Shown piece by piece: positions 57,286 through 64,000 of a stretch of DNA of 64,000 bases. Location: contig JBMORA010000032.1 in assembly GCA_049320885.1 (NCBI GenBank), positions 43,794 through 107,793 on the forward strand, written 5' to 3'. The stretch comes from Thermodesulfobacteriota bacterium. GTDB taxonomy: Bacteria; Desulfobacterota; Desulfobacteria; Desulfobacterales; SURF-7. Within the stretch, counting starts at the first letter, position 1. Each line of letters begins with the position of its first letter. The translations under genes were made by a program, and so were the position numbers. The notes beneath the pieces are model-generated. The model had not been told where the DNA came from, searched no databases, and saw only the letters and a program-made list of their open reading frames with translations.

Positions 57286-57423
57286 ATGAACGCTGTCGAA
57301 TACACAAGAAGATTGCGGCGAGTTGCCATGCTTTCCTGGGTGGGATCGTTGATACTATTCCTGGGGCTTGCCTGGGCTCACGTCCTGCCTTTGAATGAAT
57401 TCCTTCCTTTTGGATGTCATTAA
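57286..57423 (+). CDS. Possible 45-aa single-TM protein
   Basis: GAAGGG then ATG, with a basic N-terminus and a hydrophobic stretch (MLSWVGSLILFLGLAWAHVL). Confidence 0.3.
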   Translation: MNAVEYTRRLRRVAMLSWVGSLILFLGLAWAHVLPLNEFLPFGCH

Positions 57424-57466
57424 CGATACTCTTTAACTGACACGACGAACGGCACAGGAGCTGCCG

Positions 57467-57955
57467 AGGAATCCGACGGAACTGATTATCCGGACCCTGG
57501 AAGGCAAAGCGGTGGACCGGGTGCCCTCCTTCTGCGCCATGGTGGAGGACCGGATTTTCAACGAGGTGCTCGGTCACCCGCTGATTTCCCAGGAAAAAAT
57601 GATGACCCACCCCTTGGCGCGTTTCTTCCTATCCCGGTGGGGAACGAAACTTTCCAAAAACCTGTTTCAGGCGGAACTCAACCGTACTTTTGAAAAGCGG
57701 ATCAAGGCTCAGGTCGAGCTGGGCTTCGATTCCCTGTGGGCGATTCTGGATGAGACCGTCACGGTCATCGACCACAAGACCATCAAAGAGGTGGTCGACT
57801 CCATTCAGGAGGCCGGTCTGAAGGATATCGTGAAAGTCTTCATCGGCGGCGCCTGCACCTCGGAACAGCTCAAAGAAGAAATGGGCGCGGACGGCTACGG
57901 GGAGACGGCGGTTGCGGCGGTCAAGATTTTTGACCGACTTGCCGCGGTGGCCTGA
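57467..57955 (+). pseudogene. Chimeric remnant: N-terminus of a UROD/MtaA-type methyltransferase fused to the C-terminus of a corrinoid (B12-binding) protein
   Basis: AGGAG RBS is followed by AGG where ATG is expected, then NPTELIIRTLEGKAVDRVPSF. The C-terminus IKEVVDSIQEAGLKDIVKVFIGGA...GADGYGETA has no DxHxxG motif. Confidence 0.65.
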
Positions 57956-58099
57956 AAGGCTTCGATCATGGTTTCCCTTTTCCTGTCGTGGGGAAGGATT
58001 GAAAACCAAGACGCCGCCAGAGACGAAGACCCGGCGATGGCCGACGGGCAGACCCGGATGGGGAGACACCGTCCGCCTTGACAATGGCGGGAGGGGAGC

Positions 58100-58964
58100 A
58101 TGAAGGCATCCATCAGCGAACTGTTGGCCTGGGGCCCGGTCCTGACGGACGGCGCCTGGGGTTCGGAACTGATCAGGCAGGACTACCGAAAGGGACAGTG
58201 CCTGGAACACTGGAATCTGGAATTCCCGGAACGGGTGGAAGCGATCGCCCGCGGCTACATCCGGGCGGGAAGCCGGGTCATCCTGACCAACACCTTCGGT
58301 GCCAACCGGTATCTCCTGGAGAAGCACAGGCTGGCAAACCGGGTCCGGGAGATCAATGCCGCCGGGGTCGCGATCTCCAAAAAAAAAAGCGGCCGGAGAC
58401 CGGGCGGCGGTTTTCGCTTCCATGGGTCCCAACGGCAAGCTGTTTTTCATGAGGCAGGTGACCGTGGATGAACTCAAGGAGGCCTTCACCGAGCAGTCCG
58501 AGGCCATGGCGGAAGCGGGGGCCGATGCCGTAACCATGATGGACCTCGCCGAGGCGCAGGCGGCTGTTTCAGCGACCCGGGAAACCGGTCTCCCGATGGC
58601 GGCCTGCATGGTTTTTACCGCCGGCAAGGACAAGGACCGCACCATGATGGGCGACACCTCCGAGAAGGTGGCGGAGCAACTGGCCGCTGCCGGCGCGGAT
58701 GTCATCGGATCCAACTGCGGTCAGGGAATCGAGGGTTTTATTCCGATCTGCAGGCGGATGCGGGCGGTCAGTGAACTGCCGTTGTGGATGAAGGCCAATG
58801 CCGGACGGCATACGGTCTCCAAGGGAGCAGCGACCTATGATGCAACCCCTGACCAATTCGCCCGGTTCGTTCCCAAGCTGATCAAGGCCGGCGCCGACTT
58901 TGTCGGCGGCTGCTGCGGGACCAATCCGGAGTATATCGCGGCGGTGGCCGCGAAAATCGGGTGA
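58100..58964 (+). pseudogene. Homocysteine S-methyltransferase family gene, frameshifted at an A10 run
   Basis: The first frame has LTDGAWGSEL and ILTNTFGAN. The second has GSNCG, KANAG and VGGCCGT. The frame changes at A10 (58379-58388). Confidence 0.85.
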
Positions 58965-58996
58965 GCCGGCCGGGTTCGCCGCGTCTGGGCCCCCTG

Positions 58997-59253
58997 ATGG
59001 GAAACAAGGGGGGATCGGCAAGGCGATCTGTGATGCTTTCCGCAAGCAAGGTGTTGCCGTTTGCCCCATTGATCTGCAGGATAACGATTACTTTGTCGGC
59101 GACCTTGCCGATGAAAAGGTGCTTCGCGCCTTTGCATCCAAAAGCGGTTTCATCACAGGACAGAATATCACCGTGGATGGCGGTATGACAAAGCTGATGG
59201 TGTATCACAACGACTTCGGATGGACTTATGCTCCAGAACCAAAGTTGAAATGA
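58997..59253 (+). pseudogene. Internally deleted SDR oxidoreductase remnant
   Basis: GGIGKAICDAFRKQG...DYFVGDLADEKVLRAFA joins directly to SKSGFITGQNITVDGGMTKLM. The NNAG and YxxxK core is missing. Confidence 0.8.
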
Positions 59254-59283
59254 GGAGGAGCGGCACCAGGGAATGGCCGCCGC

Positions 59284-60072
59284 TCAAGCCGCGGCAATAA
59301 GCCGGATTTCGTGAACCTCGATGGCCACCAGGGTCGGCCCCGGCAGCGGATTGGCGCCGAACAGCAACGGGCGGACCCGCCGGCTGGCGGGGGCCTCGAT
59401 GCCGTTGAATTGCCTGTAGTCCTCGCAGAGATGCGCGGCGTGGGCCCAGCCGCCGATCACTTCCGCGGTGTAATCCAACCGGCGCAGTCGGCGCTGGTGG
59501 TCGAAAAAGAACTCCTGTTGCCTGCAGTGGGTGGGAATGTCGTCCGGAAAGGTGACCCGCAGCCGCGACCAGGATGCGGGCATTTTGGGAAGCAGCGGCA
59601 GGAATTCGAAAACAAAGCCCTCGCGGAGAAACAAAAACGGGGTCGTCAGGTAGTTCCAGGTCGCATACCCGCCGAAATACAAGAAATCGAGATCATCCCA
59701 GAAAAGCTGGCGGCGCAGCCCCCGGAAAAAGGACCGGGGCCGCTCGCGCCGTTGCAGGATGCCGCCGTCTCCCGAAAGAATGCGGACCTCTTCGTCGCCG
59801 ATGAGTTCGCCGGTTTGTCCGGGTCCTGGAAAGTCCAAGAAGGCGAAGCGCGGCATCTTTGTATTGGCGCGGACTGTGACATGATCCAAGACCGGCCGTC
59901 TTTTCATGGTGAACAGCAACCCCCAAACCGAAATGTCCGCTTCCAGCGCTTCCAGGCAATGCCAGCCATCCGCGCCGCCGTGGGCCTCGATCACCTCATT
60001 GATAACGGCCCGGGGGGCTTGTGGGTCACTTACCGGCTGCTTTTTTTCGGTTGCTGCGCTATTTGATGTCAT
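59284..60072 (-). CDS. Conserved hypothetical protein
   Basis: 262-aa ORF containing IEAHGG, WDDLDFLYFGGYATWNYLTTPFL and LRRLDYTAEVIG. Start uncertain. Confidence 0.7.
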   Translation of the reverse strand: MTSNSAATEKKQPVSDPQAPRAVINEVIEAHGGADGWHCLEALEADISVWGLLFTMKRRPVLDHVTVRANTKMPRFAFLDFPGPGQTGELIGDEEVRILSGDGGILQRRERPRSFFRGLRRQLFWDDLDFLYFGGYATWNYLTTPFLFLREGFVFEFLPLLPKMPASWSRLRVTFPDDIPTHCRQQEFFFDHQRRLRRLDYTAEVIGGWAHAAHLCEDYRQFNGIEAPASRRVRPLLFGANPLPGPTLVAIEVHEIRLIAAA

Positions 60073-60084
60073 CCAGTCATATCC
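60030..60084. repeat. 55-bp direct repeat, copy 1
   Basis: 48/55 identical to 61898-61952. Confidence 0.85.
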
Positions 60085-60090
60085 ATATCA

Positions 60091-61143
60091 TTAATAGACG
60101 ATTACCGCCTTTTGAAGAATATCCGCCGGGATGGCGATCCCGAGCTTTTTGGCCTGGGTTGCGTTCAGGTAAATGGAGGGGTTTTTCACCTGCCGCACCG
60201 GCATGTCGCCAGGATTTTTTTTCTCCTTGAGAACGGACACGGCCATGGGAATCAGACATTCATCCACCATTCGGAAATAATCACTGGCATAGGCGGCAAT
60301 GGCTCCGGCGGCGACACCGGTTTGATGAACGGAAAAAATGGGGGTTTTCGCCCTGGTACACCTATCCAGGATCAAGTGAACATTGTTGTAGAGGGCATCG
60401 CTGGAAGTCAGGATGATGCCGTCCACTTTCTGGTGGATGAGGCGTTGCGCGCTGGATGGTAGTTCCTGCGGCGATTTCAACAGTTCGATCCGGTATTCCA
60501 GGCCCATCACGCTGGCCATCAGTCGAAACTCGCCTAGCTCCGCCCGACGGCTTTTGGAGAGCAGGTCAAAGATCAGTCCGATCTTTTTCATGCGGCCGCC
60601 CATTATCGCCTGGAACAATTCCAGTTGTCGTCCGACCGGGACATAATAGGTCACGCCGCTCATGTTGCGGCCGGGTTTTTTGGGGTCCCGGATGCCGAAA
60701 ATTTTTGGATTGTTCACATTGGTAAACAACCACGGAGTTCTCCGGATCTGATGAAATGCAGGCGCCATGGCATCGGACGTGATGGTGATGATCAGGTCGT
60801 ATTGTTGGGATTCCAGCCCGGCCAGTATAATGGCGGCTCTTCCTTCGTTTTCTTCACCGCAAAATTGCTGGATCATGTGCTCGCCCAGACCGGCGCCGGC
60901 CAGCTGCTGTTCAATGTGCCGGGCAACGGTTTTTTCTCCAGGGGAGCGGATATCGTAATCGAAAACAGCGATCCGATATGGGTCCGCGATCAGCGGCGGG
61001 GAGGGGAACAGGACCAAGAGCGAAACCGTCACTAGGGCCATGACCCGCCAGGTAAACCCGGGGATTCCGGCATGCCGGCGCCGATGAAAGTGGATTGACT
61101 GGTTAGGAACAGAGATCATCTGTAGCCATTCCGGGGCCAACAT
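60091..61143 (-). CDS. ABC transporter substrate-binding protein-like (ABC_sub_bind type), stand-alone
   Basis: YDLIITITSDA, PWLFTNVNNP, NMSGVT and PGDMPV...YLNATQAKKLGIAIP. The start could be 61041. Confidence 0.8.
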   Translation of the reverse strand: MLAPEWLQMISVPNQSIHFHRRRHAGIPGFTWRVMALVTVSLLVLFPSPPLIADPYRIAVFDYDIRSPGEKTVARHIEQQLAGAGLGEHMIQQFCGEENEGRAAIILAGLESQQYDLIITITSDAMAPAFHQIRRTPWLFTNVNNPKIFGIRDPKKPGRNMSGVTYYVPVGRQLELFQAIMGGRMKKIGLIFDLLSKSRRAELGEFRLMASVMGLEYRIELLKSPQELPSSAQRLIHQKVDGIILTSSDALYNNVHLILDRCTRAKTPIFSVHQTGVAAGAIAAYASDYFRMVDECLIPMAVSVLKEKKNPGDMPVRQVKNPSIYLNATQAKKLGIAIPADILQKAVIVY

Positions 61144-61253
61144 CGTTATTGGGTCGGAAGACCTTAGTTATGGTGGTTTGAAATGACCTGTAACATATAA
61201 CAATCCCAACAAATTGTCGAGGCGAATATTTCCCGGAAAAAGGCGGTCGGTTA

Positions 61254-61281
61254 TTGACAGCCGGTGGAGTTCCGATATAAT
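61254..61281 (+). promoter_or_regulatory. Near-consensus sigma70 promoter
   Basis: TTGACA-16 bp-TATAAT, pointing into the IR-flanked YkgJ gene. Confidence 0.65.
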
Positions 61282-61382
61282 CCGCCGGCGGTGTTGGAAT
61301 CAACGGCCTGGCAGACCGGAATCGGCTGGCGGCGAAAACAATCGCGGGAGTGAAACGGAAATGATCATAAAACAGACAATGA

Positions 61383-61870
61383 ACATCGGATTGGGTCTGC
61401 CCTTCGTCCCCCAGGCCGGCACAAGCCCTGTGGGTTAGCCCAAAGAAAGTGGATTTTATTGAAATTGGATAAAATAGCCAAATTGTCAACAGCGCATGTA
61501 TGCGACAATTGTGGGTCATGTTGCAGGAATTTCGCCTACATTCTGCTGGCTCAAGCCGATATCAAAGCGCTTGAAAACTTCACGGGACTGACCGCGGAAG
61601 AATTTACAGAGAATATTGATAAAACCGGGGAGAAGCGTTTTATGAAATTTCAAGAGAACGGAGATTGTATCTTCCTGAAAATTAAAGATGGTTCCTATTC
61701 ATGCAGCATATATGAAGCGCGATCGTTGACGTGTAGAGAATATCCATCAACCGATATTCAGATAGAAACCTGTCGTGTTTGGAGTGGCCGTTGAAAGTAA
61801 TGAAGAGCCATGAGCTAACCCATAAGGATTGTGCCGGCCTGGGGGACGAAGGGCAGACCCGATCCGATGT
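61383..61870. mobile_element. Cassette/MITE-like unit: 57-bp inverted repeats enclosing one AT-rich gene
   Basis: 61383-61439 matches the reverse complement of 61814-61870 at 53/57. Confidence 0.6.
61459..61794 (+). CDS. YkgJ/FliB-like CxxCxxCC cysteine-cluster protein
   Basis: CDNCGSCC, GDCIFL and CSIYEARSLTCREYP. TTG start. Confidence 0.85.
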   Translation: MKLDKIAKLSTAHVCDNCGSCCRNFAYILLAQADIKALENFTGLTAEEFTENIDKTGEKRFMKFQENGDCIFLKIKDGSYSCSIYEARSLTCREYPSTDIQIETCRVWSGR

Positions 61871-61897
61871 CAAGAGGCCCGGATCCGAAGCGACTAT

Positions 61898-61952
61898 TTA
61901 CCGGCGGCTTTTTTTCGCCGGCTGCGCTATTTGACATCATCCGGTCATATCC
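61898..61952. repeat. 55-bp direct repeat, copy 2
   Basis: 48/55 identical to 60030-60084. Contains a CCGGCG...CGCCGG hairpin. Confidence 0.85.
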
Positions 61953-61976
61953 GTTGGTTACAGACGATCACGCCTT

Positions 61977-63998
61977 TCACAGGGTGGCCTGAAATTCCAG
62001 ATCAGCGCTGTCATCCTCATCAGATGCGTTCAATGGAAGCGCCCCCCACTCCCGGTGATACATATGGTCGTAGGTCAAATCAAAAAGCGCTTTTAGCAAA
62101 TCGTATACTTTAATGCCGGGTCTTTCCTCGATCGATTTTTTTTCTTTGGCAAGTTGAATCTCAAATATTTCCCGTTCTTCTTCATCAACAAAATCATTCC
62201 TCCGCATCTGCGCTTCAAATTGCTGGTAGCTGTCCATGTCCTGCCTCAGCGTTTTGATGCGGTGAAAAAATTCAAGATTTTCCTTGAGGTGTTGAATCTT
62301 TTTTAACAATGCGATGTGGGCCCGCAACCCTTTTTTTTCATTTTTGTTGATCAGCGCAACAATTTTTTCAGCATCGGCCTTTTTAATGATGTTTACCTGA
62401 TCTTCCGTAAACGTGGTCTGTTTTGTTAGCATGCCCGCCTGGACTTTTTCCAAATCTCCGACTTTGCTTTCAACCCGTTGCGGTTGAAAAAAAGTATCCA
62501 GAAACATGCCCAGATCAGCTATCTTTAGTCGCACTTGAAATGATTTCAGACGCTTTTCCTCCCTCTCCAGCTTGTTCCGTATCTCTTCAAAGGCGACCGC
62601 CCAAAAATGCGCTGACAATTTGATGTATCCCTCCCTGGTTGGGAGGGCGCCATCTTTAACCACTTCCGAAAACGCTTGCTGAAAATATGATCCGGTTTTG
62701 ACAAACAGGGTTCCCCCGGTACATAATTGATAAAGGATCGCCACCAATGCATATAGGTCCTGATAGCTGAAAATGTCTTTACCATTCTCGCCATAGACTT
62801 CAGCCAGCACCTGGGAATTGAATAATTGCGATAATGTCGCATATTGAGGCGTCCCGCCGATAATTTCCAGGTTATCTGTCAATCCGGCCGCATAAGCCGT
62901 TTCAAAGTCGATTAAACCAATTTCGCTTTTCACCATTTCGCTGCGCTCAAAATTGTTGGCGACAATGATAATATTGTCGGGTTTCAAATCCCGGTGGGAA
63001 ACCCCTTTTTTAAATAAAATCGTAAAGAGCACCAGTAAATTGGAACACAGGATACGAAGTTTTTCCTCATTATAGGCGTAATGCCTTTTTTCAGAGTAGG
63101 ATTTGATCACCTTAAAAAACTTATCAAATGTTTCTGAATAGTTGTGAACAATATATTTAAAGGCAATGGTCAGGGTTTGCAAAAAACCATCCGGGTAATC
63201 AGCGCCATCGATATATAGCTGTTGGTTGGACAAATAGGTGATAAACCACTGGCGGGTTTGATAGGTTTCAATTTTAATTTTATATTCACTGCGCATAACA
63301 CTTTTCAAATAGGAATCGATAACATCAAAGGCTTCATTATATTTAACAAAGAGACGGTCAAGCTCGCTGTCCTCGCCAATGCTTTTCTGCCCATTGAATT
63401 CGTAGCGCCCTTGAAAGGATTGGGCATCCCAGAAAATGCCCTCATTTTCACGAATCTCCTTTCCAACCATTTCGGCTTTATTATAGATATGGCGAATAAA
63501 ATCGCCTAATGTTCTATTCCGGCTGAGATACATGAAAAAGACATACCCACCGTCAAGCTGAAGAAAACGGTGAAGCCGCTTGTCTTTGGTTAACAATCGC
63601 ACATAGGTCTTCTCAATATGTTTATTGTTGGCAAGCCCAACCTTTGCTTTCAAGGGGAATATCTTTTTTAAAATGCACTGAAATTCGGGAACAATGGTAA
63701 CAATTTGATCCTCCAGACATTCGATCACCGCTCTTTCATGCAGCACTTTTTTGAGATAGCTGTCAAAATCGGTAATTTTACAGGGAGGAATCTTTACAAC
63801 GATGTGGATATCATAAACAACCTCAAAGACGATACTTTTGGCGCCGCTCCCTTCGGCTAGGAGCCGGATCGACATGGTCCGGTGATATTTTTTTTCTCCG
63901 ATCAAAACATTCAATTCATAATTTTCGTAGCCGCCCTGTTTATTGGCCAAATGATACGTCGCCTCATAGTGGCCAACCGTGCTCAATTTTGAACTTTT
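61977..63998 (-). CDS. Hanks-type Ser/Thr protein kinase domain protein, 5'-truncated by window edge
   Basis: IVVKIP, HRDLKPDN, LIDFE, GGTPQY and QDLYAL. The frame stays open to the window end. AT-rich. Confidence 0.85.
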   Translation of the reverse strand, partial: KSSKLSTVGHYEATYHLANKQGGYENYELNVLIGEKKYHRTMSIRLLAEGSGAKSIVFEVVYDIHIVVKIPPCKITDFDSYLKKVLHERAVIECLEDQIVTIVPEFQCILKKIFPLKAKVGLANNKHIEKTYVRLLTKDKRLHRFLQLDGGYVFFMYLSRNRTLGDFIRHIYNKAEMVGKEIRENEGIFWDAQSFQGRYEFNGQKSIGEDSELDRLFVKYNEAFDVIDSYLKSVMRSEYKIKIETYQTRQWFITYLSNQQLYIDGADYPDGFLQTLTIAFKYIVHNYSETFDKFFKVIKSYSEKRHYAYNEEKLRILCSNLLVLFTILFKKGVSHRDLKPDNIIIVANNFERSEMVKSEIGLIDFETAYAAGLTDNLEIIGGTPQYATLSQLFNSQVLAEVYGENGKDIFSYQDLYALVAILYQLCTGGTLFVKTGSYFQQAFSEVVKDGALPTREGYIKLSAHFWAVAFEEIRNKLEREEKRLKSFQVRLKIADLGMFLDTFFQPQRVESKVGDLEKVQAGMLTKQTTFTEDQVNIIKKADAEKIVALINKNEKKGLRAHIALLKKIQHLKENLEFFHRIKTLRQDMDSYQQFEAQMRRNDFVDEEEREIFEIQLAKEKKSIEERPGIKVYDLLKALFDLTYDHMYHREWGALPLNASDEDDSADLEFQATL

Positions 63999-64000
63999 TT

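Noticed and set aside
61813..61963. A complete canonical attC site to the right of the YkgJ gene
   Set aside because: End pairing is partial and needs a bulge of about 28 nt. L boxes and extrahelical bases are not convincing, and no intI is in the window.

Overview
This is a GC-rich bacterial chromosome segment. Gene content suggests an anaerobic Desulfobacterota/deltaproteobacterium (inference). (1) 1-16.3 kb: a 12-gene + strand operon, cut at the window start. It joins glycosyltransferases, a histidine phosphatase and a polysaccharide deacetylase to an uncharacterised membrane machine: FtsX-type permease, ABC ATPase, 1604-aa M28-like/FtsX fusion, DUF6785-like and OPT-like membrane proteins, and a PqqD/RRE protein. 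An AT-rich heptamer-repeat palindromic element interrupts it. (2) 16.3-20.2 kb: a convergent operon of an ABC exporter with a split NBD, a cNMP-binding protein, RsbW and STAS. (3) 20-30 kb: housekeeping genes (queA, tgt, NifU-like, aminotransferase, mce, LOG, M20, GNAT, CDF). (4) 30-42 kb: two giant kinase-AAA-GAF-histidine kinases whose Ser/Thr kinase domains are both degenerate. (5) 42-52 kb: MoxR-DUF58-transglutaminase and DUF2339-DUF3999. (6) 51.8-56.7 kb, the best candidate for an undescribed system: a DUF2294/MpsC gene, then a promoter with a perfect palindrome and a structured leader RNA ending in an intrinsic terminator, ahead of gamma-carbonic anhydrase, purE and porCDAB, all of which handle CO2/bicarbonate. 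(7) 57-59.3 kb: a cluster of internally deleted or frameshifted pseudogenes. (8) 59-64 kb: accessory genes, including a YkgJ gene bracketed by 57-bp inverted repeats and an AT-rich protein kinase cut by the window end. I recognised no rRNA, tRNA, CRISPR array, transposase or integrase. Family assignments come from motif recognition by eye, not database searches.
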